From Candidatus Nomurabacteria bacterium (GTDB lineage Bacteria; Patescibacteriota; Minisyncoccia; Phycocordibacterales; UBA9973): 64,000 bases of DNA. The notes under the pieces were generated by a model. It saw only the letters and a list, made by a program, of their open reading frames with translations, made no database searches and had not been told where the DNA came from. The position numbers and the translations under genes are program-made. Position 1 is the stretch's first letter. Each line of letters starts with the position of its first letter. Below are positions 25,690 through 34,931 of the stretch, in pieces. The stretch is from contig JAHFNJ010000001.1 in NCBI GenBank assembly GCA_023267375.1, forward strand, positions 21,878 to 85,877, given 5' to 3'.

Positions 25690-27000
25690 TTAGTGTTCTG
25701 TCGTATCTAAAATACTATCAGCGACTTGGAATATATCCCCGGCGCCAACTGTAATAATAATATCATGATCAGTCGCTGTTTCAGCAAGGTATGAAGCAAT
25801 TGAAGCAAAGCTGTCGAATGAACGCGCATCGACACCTTTCTTGGTAAGTGCCTCAGCAATCATGTGTGAGCTGATTGATGGATCAAATGGTTCTCGGGCC
25901 GGATAGATGGGCGCAAAAAGTGCTTCGCTCACGCCAGTAAACGAATCAACGAAATCACTGAAAAGCGACTTTGTTCGTGAGTAGAGATGCGGTTGAAACA
26001 CGAGCACAATATCGAGTCCTGGATACTCTTCTTTCACGCCAGCAATGAGCGCACGAATTTCATTTGGATGATGGGCATAGTCATCGTACACGAGTGCGCC
26101 AGAATTGAGCATTCCTTTGTATTCAAATCTCCGCCACGTACCAGCAAATGTTTCAAGCGCGCCACGAGTTGTTTCTTCGGCAACACCAAGTGTTGCAAGT
26201 ACTGAAAGTGCTGCCATTGCATTCTGCTGATTGTGTTTTCCGGGTAATGATAAATCGATCGGACTATCTCCATATTCCATATAATCAACAACTGTTCCTT
26301 TGCAACGCGCAATAACGGATGCTAGCCGCGTATCAGCCGTATTACAGATCAAATATCCATCTACCGGAATTCGCTCAGCGAGTTCACCAAACGCATTCTC
26401 AATATCAACCAGATTCTTGTAGTAGTCGAGATGATCAGCATCAATATTTGTAATAACTAAAATCGTTGGATGGAGGTGTAAAAATGAGCGACGATATTCG
26501 CATGCTTCAGCAAGAAAATAATTGCTTTTCCCGGCAATAAAATTACTTTTGACATCGAGCATCATCGAACCCACAATTACCGTTGGATCAAGCTTCGCTT
26601 CGATCATCGCGTGTGCAATCATGGCAGTGGTGGTTGTCTTGCCATGTGTTCCCGAAACAGCAATCGTGAATTTATTTTTAGAAATGATTTCAAGCGCTTC
26701 TGGGTATGAAATAATCGGCACAGATGATGCCTGTAGCTTTTCCAAAAGCGGCTTGTCGTATTCAGCAATCGCGATTGTATAAATCACGAGATCTGTATCA
26801 GAATCGATAAAATGCACATCCTGCCCGATATCGATATGCGCGCCGGCTTTCTCAAGCTCGAGGGTTATCATCGAGGGACTGGTATCAGATCCGCGGACTG
26901 TTTTGCCTTCAGCGAGCATCATGCGAGCGATGGCTGAAACACCGATTCCGCCGATGCCAATAAAGTACACTTTTTCAATTTTTGCAAAGTCTATTTCCAT
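25690..27000 (-). CDS. murC: UDP-N-acetylmuramate--L-alanine ligase
   Basis: YFIGIGGIGVSAIA and GTHGKTTTTAMIAH, a full-length Mur ligase. Confidence 0.9.
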   Translation of the reverse strand: MEIDFAKIEKVYFIGIGGIGVSAIARMMLAEGKTVRGSDTSPSMITLELEKAGAHIDIGQDVHFIDSDTDLVIYTIAIAEYDKPLLEKLQASSVPIISYPEALEIISKNKFTIAVSGTHGKTTTTAMIAHAMIEAKLDPTVIVGSMMLDVKSNFIAGKSNYFLAEACEYRRSFLHLHPTILVITNIDADHLDYYKNLVDIENAFGELAERIPVDGYLICNTADTRLASVIARCKGTVVDYMEYGDSPIDLSLPGKHNQQNAMAALSVLATLGVAEETTRGALETFAGTWRRFEYKGMLNSGALVYDDYAHHPNEIRALIAGVKEEYPGLDIVLVFQPHLYSRTKSLFSDFVDSFTGVSEALFAPIYPAREPFDPSISSHMIAEALTKKGVDARSFDSFASIASYLAETATDHDIIITVGAGDIFQVADSILDTTEH

Positions 27001-27041
27001 AAAAACGCTTTAATTGTAGCGTATTTTTTGTCTTTTATTTA

Positions 27042-27070
27042 TTGACAAATACATATTAATATGCTATTAT
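27042..27070 (+). promoter_or_regulatory. sigma-70-type promoter (TTGACA-17-TATTAT)
   Basis: Consensus -35 and -10 with a 17-nt spacer, upstream of the 27145 ORF. The 'ttattgacaaatac' core recurs at 47323. Confidence 0.4.
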
Positions 27071-27144
27071 ATCGCAGTAATTGCTCTTTAATATTTTTGA
27101 TTTTTTGTAGCTATTTGGTAAACCATCCCTACTCCTTTTGGTAG

Positions 27145-27483
27145 TTGAGATGGTTTACTAAATTAGTCTCACAATTTAATCTTAATATTATGAATTATAA
27201 ATTGAATCTTAAAGGCACAGAGGTGGATGTAGAATTTTCACCTGATGAAAAAATAGTCATTGTTGAAGAAATTCATCTTTCACCTTACACCTATGGCGTA
27301 CTTGATTTAATAAAGAAAAAAGAAGGTATTCCTGCAGGGGAAGTAATTGTTACAAATGGCATTTTTAGTCTCATGAAAAAACGTGATCAGGAAGCGTATA
27401 TCGTTGACTGTAGAGACTATCAAAAAATCTGTAACATTTCAGAGATACAGGAGTTAAAACTTTCTCAACCTATAAAAGGTTAA
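27145..27483 (+). CDS. hypothetical protein inserted in the mur cluster
   Basis: 112-aa ORF (possibly starting at MNYKL, 27190) with no motifs. Followed by a terminator plus copy B of the repeat family. Confidence 0.35.
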   Translation: MRWFTKLVSQFNLNIMNYKLNLKGTEVDVEFSPDEKIVIVEEIHLSPYTYGVLDLIKKKEGIPAGEVIVTNGIFSLMKKRDQEAYIVDCRDYQKICNISEIQELKLSQPIKG

Positions 27484-27517
27484 TTACACCAAGGTAGCCT
27501 CTGATGAAACTGGTAAA

Positions 27518-27592
27518 ATAGAAACTCGCGATTCGTGAAAACGGACCGCGAGTTTTTCTTTTTTAGTCATTAGATATTAGAAATTAGTCATT
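27518..27592 (+). repeat. copy B of the terminator-associated repeat family
   Basis: aaactcgcgattcgtgaaaacggaccgcgagttttt hairpin, then ttttttagtcattagatattagaaattagtcatt. It shares cgattcgtgaaa and the tail with the copy at 19204..19285. Confidence 0.55.
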
Positions 27593-27594
27593 TC

Positions 27595-28935
27595 CTACCC
27601 CTGCAATCTGCTTACTATTTCATTAAACTGCTCTCCCCTGTCGTATTCATTTTTAAACATACCAAACGAAGCAAAGCCAGGACTAAAGAGCACAATATCT
27701 CCGGGGAGAGATTGATGCAAGGCTTCGCGCACCGCTTCCTCCAGATTTTCTGCATTATACTTCTCTACTTGAAGATCATATTCAGTTTCCAGACGTTCTG
27801 TTCCAGACCCTGGAAGCAAAATCAATCGCTTGGCATACTTCGGCATTTTGTTTACCAAGACACTCATATCAAGATGTTTATCTGCGCCACCCATGATCAG
27901 CACCACATTGTCATCATACGAAAGCGCTTTGAGTCCTGCGAGTGTCGCATCAGGAGTTGTCGAGGTAGTATCGTTATAAATTTCAACACCGCGGTACTCG
28001 CCGACACGCTGCAATCTGCCTGGCACACCCTTAAATGATTGTACAGCGACCTGAATGATACTCTCATCAACATTGAGTGCACGCGCAGCCCCGACAGCAA
28101 GTTCGACATTGTGCCGATTGTGTTCACCAGGAACGGTAATTTTCCATGCAGGAGAAAGATGGTGCGCAAAGACAATGTGTGATTTTATATCATCGTGATA
28201 TCGCTTCTTCAGATGCTCATACAATCCTTCAGTCACCACAAGAATATCGTGGCCAGATTGATAGAGAAAAATATTTGCCTTGTCGGCCAAATACCGATCA
28301 CGGTCACCACTATAATAATTTAAATGGTCATCCATGAAATTCGTAAACACGGCAATATGTGGAGAAATGTTGTCTTCACCAAAACCTTGCAGCTGCCATG
28401 AATCAAGTTCGAGCACTACAATGTCCCCCTCCTTCACTTCACGGATTAAGGGCAAAGTCGCCCTGCCCTGCAGATTGCCCGCAGCAAAAACTTTTGTGTC
28501 ACTTTCTCCATGAGCTTTTTTTAGTATTTCATAAATGAGAAGTGTGGTTGTGGTCTTGCCACGCGTACCCGTTACGCCGACAATCGTCACACCTTTCGCA
28601 AGCTTTGCAAAAAGCGATGCATCCATTTCAATCGGTATATTATTTTCTCGTGCGTGCGCAATGTACGGTGAATCAAGCGGCACTCCAGCAGCCTTGAGAA
28701 TAAAATCTTTGTTTTCAAAATCTTCCATGCGATGCTCGCCCAAAACAAACGTAATATTCGGGAGATGTGTAAGTTCTGCAAGCGACGGTTCAAGTTCTTC
28801 TTTTTTCTTTAAATCGGTAACGGTAAGAATCGCCCCGGCTTCCGCCAAGAATTTAATATCGCCGATCCCGCGCCCAAGAAGCCCGAGTCCCATTACGGTT
28901 ACTTTTTTCCCTTTAAAATAGTCAGGGTGAATCAT
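27595..28935 (-). CDS. murD: UDP-N-acetylmuramoylalanine--D-glutamate ligase
   Basis: VMGLGLLGRG and GVTGTRGKTTTT, a full-length Mur ligase. Confidence 0.9.
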   Translation of the reverse strand: MIHPDYFKGKKVTVMGLGLLGRGIGDIKFLAEAGAILTVTDLKKKEELEPSLAELTHLPNITFVLGEHRMEDFENKDFILKAAGVPLDSPYIAHARENNIPIEMDASLFAKLAKGVTIVGVTGTRGKTTTTLLIYEILKKAHGESDTKVFAAGNLQGRATLPLIREVKEGDIVVLELDSWQLQGFGEDNISPHIAVFTNFMDDHLNYYSGDRDRYLADKANIFLYQSGHDILVVTEGLYEHLKKRYHDDIKSHIVFAHHLSPAWKITVPGEHNRHNVELAVGAARALNVDESIIQVAVQSFKGVPGRLQRVGEYRGVEIYNDTTSTTPDATLAGLKALSYDDNVVLIMGGADKHLDMSVLVNKMPKYAKRLILLPGSGTERLETEYDLQVEKYNAENLEEAVREALHQSLPGDIVLFSPGFASFGMFKNEYDRGEQFNEIVSRLQG

Positions 28936-28950
28936 AGTTTGTGGAGAAAA

Positions 28951-30396
28951 CTAACTGCGAAAAGCCTGCTCTACTACCTCAAAATCAGAGAAAGGTTGCT
29001 TAAACCCTTTTATTTCTTGGTAGAGCTCATGCCCCTTCCCAGCAATTAGTACCACATCATTACTTTGAGCCATTTTGACAGCCATGTCAATTGCCTTCCG
29101 GCGGTCTGGCTCTGTGGCCACTTTTTTCATTTCATCCGGAGTAAGAGACGTTCCCATACTCGAAATAATGACAGCGGGGTCTTCACTGCGAGGATTGTCA
29201 GCGGTAAAAATAGCCGCATCGGAGAGTTTTGCAGCGATACTTCCCATAGGAGCGCGCTTTGAGGGGTCACGATCGCCCCCACAGCCAACAACAGTGATAA
29301 TACGCCCATTCGTATCTATAATTCCACGAATCGTTTCTAGAACATTTTGAAGGGCATCAGGACTGTGCGCATAATCGACAATAACCGTACTCCCATTCGG
29401 TGCTTTCATCTTATGGAAACGACCTGTCGCACCCTGAAGTTTTGAAAGATGTGCGAGTACATTCTTCTTTTCCTCGCCAAGAAGCACTGCTGTGCCATAA
29501 ATAGCTAAAATGTTGTACATATTAAATTTCCCCACAAGCTCAAACGACGTAGTTTCATTTTCAATCGAGAGCGCCATTTCGTTAATATTCATAGAAACAA
29601 TTTTTCCTGAAAAATAACCGATTTCGCCGTACGTATATTTTTTTGCACGTGTATCTGCGAGAATCTTTTCTCCGTACGCATCATTTTTATTCGTCAGTGC
29701 AAATGCGGTTTCGGATAAATCGTCAAAGAATTTTTTCTTGGCAGCAAAATATGCTTCAAAGGTTTTGTGGTAATCGAGATGATCGTGCGTAAGATTTGTA
29801 AAAATACCGCCCGTAAAATGGAGTCCGGCGATGCGATTTTGATCTACCGCATGGGAACTCACTTCCATAAAGCAATGGGTAATCCCCTCATCCACCATCT
29901 TTGCCAAAAGTTCATGGAGCACAATCAAGTCTGGAGTGGTTTGTGTCGCTGGAAGCACGGTTTCATGAATTCGATTTTCAACCGTTGAAAATAATCCAGC
30001 TTTATAACCAAGCGACTCGAAGAGCTTATACAGTACCGTGGCGATAGTCGTCTTGCCGTTTGTCCCAGTCACACCAACAAGAGCGAGTTTCTGCGATGGA
30101 TGTCCGTAGAACATGTCAGCAATGAACCCAAGTGCTTCGGGTGTATGTGCCACCTGCACGTACGTCACCCCCGATATGGGTGACGCAGGCATTTTTTCAC
30201 ACACAATAACCGTTGCGCCATTTTGAATGGCACTGTCGATAAAGGTGTGTCCATCGACATGTGTACCAACTATTGCCGCAAACAATCCCCCCTTGGTTAC
30301 TTTCGCTGAGTCGGAAGCGAGCGAAGCAATATTTTTCTCGAGTGAACCTTCCGTCGCAATATATGAAATATTATTTAAAATGTCTGAAAGTAACAT
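28951..30396 (-). CDS. murE: UDP-N-acetylmuramoyl-L-alanyl-D-glutamate--2,6-diaminopimelate (or L-lysine) ligase
   Basis: VGVTGTNGKTTIATV, the DNPRSEDP motif and full-length MurE. Confidence 0.9.
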   Translation of the reverse strand: MLLSDILNNISYIATEGSLEKNIASLASDSAKVTKGGLFAAIVGTHVDGHTFIDSAIQNGATVIVCEKMPASPISGVTYVQVAHTPEALGFIADMFYGHPSQKLALVGVTGTNGKTTIATVLYKLFESLGYKAGLFSTVENRIHETVLPATQTTPDLIVLHELLAKMVDEGITHCFMEVSSHAVDQNRIAGLHFTGGIFTNLTHDHLDYHKTFEAYFAAKKKFFDDLSETAFALTNKNDAYGEKILADTRAKKYTYGEIGYFSGKIVSMNINEMALSIENETTSFELVGKFNMYNILAIYGTAVLLGEEKKNVLAHLSKLQGATGRFHKMKAPNGSTVIVDYAHSPDALQNVLETIRGIIDTNGRIITVVGCGGDRDPSKRAPMGSIAAKLSDAAIFTADNPRSEDPAVIISSMGTSLTPDEMKKVATEPDRRKAIDMAVKMAQSNDVVLIAGKGHELYQEIKGFKQPFSDFEVVEQAFRS

Positions 30397-30400
30397 AGAA

Positions 30401-31555
30401 TTATATAAGTATTCTCTTTAACAGCGGCGAAATACGAGTCGTGACTTCGTAGTTGATGGTATCGATCGTTTCCGCAAACTGTTCAGACGTAATTTGTTCA
30501 TCACCCTGTTGTCCGATAATAACTACTTCATCTTCAATTTTCACTTGCGGTACGTGCGTCACATCAACCACAAACATATTCATAGCAACACGACCAATAA
30601 TTTTACAGCGTTTACCGCCAATAAGCACCATGCCTTTATTTGAAAGCGAACGTGGCAAGCCATCGCTGTATCCTTGCGGAATAAGTGCGATTTTTGTCAG
30701 TCGGCGTGTCATATAGGTCAACCCGTAGCCAACAGTGTGACCTGGTGGCAACATCTTCACGAGTGCTACGTGCGTTTTCCATGAGAGCACTGGCCTCAAT
30801 TTAAATTTTTTCTTTTCGTATAAAAATTCGAGGTGCTCTGATGGCCACATGCCATAGAGACCAATGCCAATACGCGCAATCGCGTGAATGCCCTTTTTTT
30901 GTTCATATGCCAAAACACCCGATGTAGCAGAAATGTGCGTCTGGAGTTTTGTATAACCCATTTTTTTTGCAATACGCAATGCTTTATCAAATGTTTGAAT
31001 CTGTTTTTTGGCAAATGATAAATTGGTAGTATCTTCAATGTTTGCAAAGTGCGCATACATCCCTGTCATACGAATATGCTTAAGTTTCTTTAGTTCAAGC
31101 AACGCGGTATGAAGCTCTCCAACCATCACGCCTTCTCGCCCCAAGTGCGCATCAATTGCTAAATGTATTTCTTGAATCGTTTTTTTCTTTGCGGAAATTG
31201 CATCAATAGCTCGTGCTTGCTCAAGCGAAAACACACCGATCACGCAACCAAGTTTACTTGCGTGTGCGATATCGGCTTCTTGCACATAGCCAAAAACAAA
31301 TGTTTGTTTTTTGGTAAGCTTGCGAAGTAATTCCAATTCATCGACATGGTTTACAATAAAATAATCGACATACGGAAGAATCGCTTCCGCGACTTCATTT
31401 TGTCCATGACCATACGCATTAGCCTTGATGACCCCGGCAATTTTTGTTTTTTTTGAGATGAGTCCCCGAAACTGCTTCACATTGTGAACAAGATTTTCTC
31501 TTGATATTTCGATATACGAAAGTGGTTGGGACATATAATTTGTCCAGTATATCAT
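30401..31555 (-). CDS. alr: alanine racemase
   Basis: AGVIKANAYGHG PLP-lysine motif and a full-length fold type III enzyme. Confidence 0.85.
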   Translation of the reverse strand: MIYWTNYMSQPLSYIEISRENLVHNVKQFRGLISKKTKIAGVIKANAYGHGQNEVAEAILPYVDYFIVNHVDELELLRKLTKKQTFVFGYVQEADIAHASKLGCVIGVFSLEQARAIDAISAKKKTIQEIHLAIDAHLGREGVMVGELHTALLELKKLKHIRMTGMYAHFANIEDTTNLSFAKKQIQTFDKALRIAKKMGYTKLQTHISATSGVLAYEQKKGIHAIARIGIGLYGMWPSEHLEFLYEKKKFKLRPVLSWKTHVALVKMLPPGHTVGYGLTYMTRRLTKIALIPQGYSDGLPRSLSNKGMVLIGGKRCKIIGRVAMNMFVVDVTHVPQVKIEDEVVIIGQQGDEQITSEQFAETIDTINYEVTTRISPLLKRILI

Positions 31556-31587
31556 AAAAAAATGCCTATTTTTAAGGGTTTTTATCC

Positions 31588-32043
31588 TTGACTTATTATA
31601 TATTATATGCTATTATTTCTTCAAATTCTTTAACTAAAAACTATAATAAAATGAAGAGGAATATTCTAATCATCTTAGGTGCTGTAGGATTAATTTCACT
31701 ACCACTTGCAGTATTGATACCCATCAATACTGCCCCGCCCATTATCGCAGAAATTTTAGTGGGTTATGTATATGGAATCATTGTTCCATTTATCCGCGCA
31801 AACTTCCGTAAGAGTTTATCGGAAGAAGAAAAAACGCCTCTTAATTATTATATAATTTGCTTCATAATAATGGCGGGATTGATGTCACTTAAATACGTTA
31901 TCGGCGACCTTACTTTAATTAACGTAAGTATTGAAAATATTAGTTATTTTGCCAGTTTTGGAGCACTCGCAATTGGGCTTATCGCAGGATTATCTTACAT
32001 GGATTGCTTCTTTGATAAAAAAGTTGCAAAAAATGAGGATTAA
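31588..32043 (+). CDS. hypothetical membrane protein
   Basis: 151 aa with four TM helices. Confidence 0.4.
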   Translation: MTYYILYAIISSNSLTKNYNKMKRNILIILGAVGLISLPLAVLIPINTAPPIIAEILVGYVYGIIVPFIRANFRKSLSEEEKTPLNYYIICFIIMAGLMSLKYVIGDLTLINVSIENISYFASFGALAIGLIAGLSYMDCFFDKKVAKNED

Positions 32044-32081
32044 ATTAAAAAAGGAGTGGATCGACAAGATTCACTCCTTTT

Positions 32082-33428
32082 CTATTTCAACAACTCTTTT
32101 ATCTTTACCGAAATCTCATCAAGCACTTCTTTTTTATTTGTTTCTCCAAACAAGCGCAATATCGGCTCAGTATTTGACGGACGGATATGCACCCAAGTCT
32201 TATCTGGAAAAGCGAGGCGTAAACCGTCTTCGCGATTTATCGAAGCTTCTGGGAATAGCACGATTATTTTTTCATACAGCATGTTGTAGTCAGCGCCCTT
32301 TTCGATATCGAATTTTGTTTTCGACATTTCATATTTCGGAAGTTCGTTTGCAAGCTCACTCAATTTTTTGCCTGTGCGACGCATAAGACTAATCACAGCG
32401 ACAATTCCTGCCATGCAATCACGGCCATAGTTTATAGTCGGATTGATAATACCACCGCTTCCCTCTCCGCCGAAAAATGCTTGCTCCTTTTTCATGAGTG
32501 CCACCACATTTGCTTCTCCAACTGGGGCGCGGAGCACCGTTACTCCTTTCCCTTCCGCGACATCTTCGGTCATGCGGCTCGTTGAAAGATTGATTACGAC
32601 TTTCCCTTGTTTCCCTTCGGCGATCATTTCTTGGAGTACCAACGGGAGCGTTGTCTCTTCGTGCAGCAAATTCCCCGCCTCATCGATGAGCACGAGTCGG
32701 TCAGCATCCGGATCAACAACTACGCACAAATCATATGAAAGTCCTTGCAGTTTTTCTTGCGTCCAGACCAGATTTTCTGGTTTTGGTTCTGGAATATGCG
32801 GAAAAGGCTGGGAGGGATCCGTCGCAATTGGTACAACTTCACAACCGATTTCTTCCAAAAATTTTGGCACAATAAATGAACCGGCACCGTTTGTGGCATC
32901 AAGCGCCACAATCAATTTCCGGCCCGGGAAAATAGTTGCCTTCACCTTATCTAGGTGAATACGCATTGCTTCTTCTTGGATATTTTTTACTTGAGCAGTT
33001 TTCTCACCCACGGCAGTTTCTTCTGGAAGTGCCTCAATAAAAGTACGTACTTTTTCTAAAATAGTTTTATCAACAAACTCACCTTCTCCATTCAAAAATT
33101 TGAGGCCGTTGTATTCAATGGGGTTGTGACTGGCAGTGACATCAATTCCACCAGCAGCTTTGAACTCACGCACCGCAATCTGTGTCGTCGGAAGCGGAAT
33201 AAGATCAGCATCGAGCACAGTGCGACCTTCTTCCGCAAGCGCTGCCAGTACGGCCGCCTTTAGCGCAAAGCCTGATGCGCGCGAATCACGAGAGACAACA
33301 ATCGGCCCCGATGGAATACTTTTCGAGAAACCAAGAGTAAATGCGTATGCCAGCGCAGGGCTTAATTTTTCAGGAGCATGTCCGCGAATACCGGAAATGC
33401 TTATCATTAGTTCTTTAGGGATTTCCAT
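32082..33428 (-). CDS. glmM: phosphoglucosamine mutase / phosphohexomutase
   Basis: TASHNPIEYNGLKF active-site serine loop and a four-domain alpha-D-phosphohexomutase architecture. Confidence 0.8.
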   Translation of the reverse strand: MEIPKELMISISGIRGHAPEKLSPALAYAFTLGFSKSIPSGPIVVSRDSRASGFALKAAVLAALAEEGRTVLDADLIPLPTTQIAVREFKAAGGIDVTASHNPIEYNGLKFLNGEGEFVDKTILEKVRTFIEALPEETAVGEKTAQVKNIQEEAMRIHLDKVKATIFPGRKLIVALDATNGAGSFIVPKFLEEIGCEVVPIATDPSQPFPHIPEPKPENLVWTQEKLQGLSYDLCVVVDPDADRLVLIDEAGNLLHEETTLPLVLQEMIAEGKQGKVVINLSTSRMTEDVAEGKGVTVLRAPVGEANVVALMKKEQAFFGGEGSGGIINPTINYGRDCMAGIVAVISLMRRTGKKLSELANELPKYEMSKTKFDIEKGADYNMLYEKIIVLFPEASINREDGLRLAFPDKTWVHIRPSNTEPILRLFGETNKKEVLDEISVKIKELLK

Positions 33429-33493
33429 AGCTTAAGTCTGCTCATTATACACCGGCAATCATGTTTTAAAAATAGAGCGTATTTACTGCTTTT

Positions 33494-33522
33494 TTGCAAT
33501 TTTCTCAAAAAAGTGTTATATT
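33494..33522 (+). promoter_or_regulatory. sigma-70-type promoter for the tRNA cluster (TTGCAA-17-TATATT)
   Basis: Near-consensus hexamers with a 17-nt spacer, about 20 nt upstream of the first tRNA-like element. Confidence 0.45.
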
Positions 33523-33543
33523 TTCAGGCGTTACTTTTTGTTT

Positions 33544-33625
33544 GGCTCCATCGTCTAACCAAGTTAAAGGATAGCGGACTCGGCTTTTCAAAAGCCTAGG
33601 ACAGGGAAAATGGGAAAGTAACTTA
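33544..33625 (+). pseudogene. tRNA-like fragment or pseudo-tRNA (duplicate of the tRNA-Glu 5' half)
   Basis: ttggctccatcgtctaac is identical to the first 18 nt of the downstream tRNA-Glu. No T-arm and no foldable cloverleaf. Confidence 0.3.
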
Positions 33626-33638
33626 CATATTTATATTT

Positions 33639-33710
33639 GGCTCCATCGTCTAACGGTTAGGACATCGGCTTTTCAAGCCGGTAATCGGGGTTCGATTCCC
33701 CGTGGAGTCA
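33639..33710 (+). tRNA. tRNA-Glu(UUC)
   Basis: Manual cloverleaf: acceptor ggctcca/tggagtc, D-stem cgtc.., anticodon loop ttTTCaa, T-arm cgggg-ttcgatt-ccccg. Confidence 0.85.
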
Positions 33711-33759
33711 CACCACTAAAAATCCCTGCTACAGAAGAAGTGGGGATTTTTTGGTTTTT

Positions 33760-33846
33760 GGAGAGGTGGCTGAGTGGTTGAAGGCACTGGTTTCGAAAAC
33801 CAGCATGGGAGAAATCTCATCGAGGGTTCAAATCCCTCCCTCTCCG
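33760..33846 (+). tRNA. tRNA-Ser(CGA), type II with long variable arm
   Basis: Acceptor ggagagg/cctctcc, anticodon loop ttCGAaa, long variable arm, T-arm gaggg-ttcaaat-ccctc. Confidence 0.85.
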
Positions 33847-33962
33847 CAACAAATTGAAATACTACAGCAAGGCAAAGGGCCTTGTTTTTTGTTTGACTAT
33901 TTATATTATGTATGTTATTTTATTAAAAAATAAATCTAATCTTTAAATCAGAATAAAAAAAA

Positions 33963-34859
33963 ATGGAAACTTGGATTATTATTGTCCTCTGTGTCACGAT
34001 AGTGGTGCTTGGATTTGTTATTGCTAAAAAGAATAGCAGAATTAAGGTAGAGGAAAAACTGAAAATTAGCGCTGTTGATCGATTAGAGCATCGACTCAAC
34101 CAGCTGAAATGGTATAACGACCTCTTTACATCTCATGCTGAGTATAAAGTATTCTCTTTACCAACAGTAAGAACGATTCTTACAAATTTGGAGAACGAAA
34201 AGAATGCTGAGGATAGAACTCTTGAAGAAGATGAGCGAAAGAAATTAAGAGAATTCTTCCTTGAACTCCAAGGCATCTTATTTGAAAAATTCATCATGGG
34301 ACTTCCGGCAGAAGTCGAATCTCTGAGCGCCATCATTGAATTTGACACCAAACACTTGCTTTCAAAATTTGTAACCAAAAGACTTGAAGACAGGGTCATG
34401 GAAATATGGAAAGTTTATGTGGAGGATGCAGTAAGAGATGCGGATGAAGTGGATTATGCTTTTGAATTAGTTAAAGGAAAAACATTCTTTCACTATCACA
34501 TTTCGGGCGTTGACAGCAGTATTTCCACTGGACCATGGTATGAAATTCTTCAAAGAAAAGCCGACGCTATCGCTACATCGAATTTGCGAAGCCGTCAGGA
34601 TGAAATGAATGAATACATGCATGAATATGGTGGAGAGAAACTTTCCGCTGTACTGCCTTATGTAATTGAGATCGCCGAAAGAAAACATTTAAGCAGCAAC
34701 GGTAAAACACTAATTTTGAGTAGGCTTGAACCAGTAATTGAAAAAGCTCTCAAGTTTGTGTACATGAAAGCAAATGATTCTAAATATCTGGCGCAAAAAT
34801 TTGCCGAATTTAAGGAAATACAGGAACGATTATATCCAAAGGCTAAAGCAACAGCCTAA
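33963..34859 (+). CDS. hypothetical protein with N-terminal TM anchor
   Basis: 298 aa. N-terminal helix then a mostly alpha-helical region. No motifs. Confidence 0.45.
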   Translation: METWIIIVLCVTIVVLGFVIAKKNSRIKVEEKLKISAVDRLEHRLNQLKWYNDLFTSHAEYKVFSLPTVRTILTNLENEKNAEDRTLEEDERKKLREFFLELQGILFEKFIMGLPAEVESLSAIIEFDTKHLLSKFVTKRLEDRVMEIWKVYVEDAVRDADEVDYAFELVKGKTFFHYHISGVDSSISTGPWYEILQRKADAIATSNLRSRQDEMNEYMHEYGGEKLSAVLPYVIEIAERKHLSSNGKTLILSRLEPVIEKALKFVYMKANDSKYLAQKFAEFKEIQERLYPKAKATA

Positions 34860-34931
34860 AAGATTTCCTATTCATCAATTTTAAAAAAACCTCCCACTCG
34901 AACTAAAATTCGTTGGGAGGTTTTTTCTTTT

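Noticed and set aside
33751-33933. 60-aa ORF
   Set aside because: Overlaps the tRNA-Ser gene.
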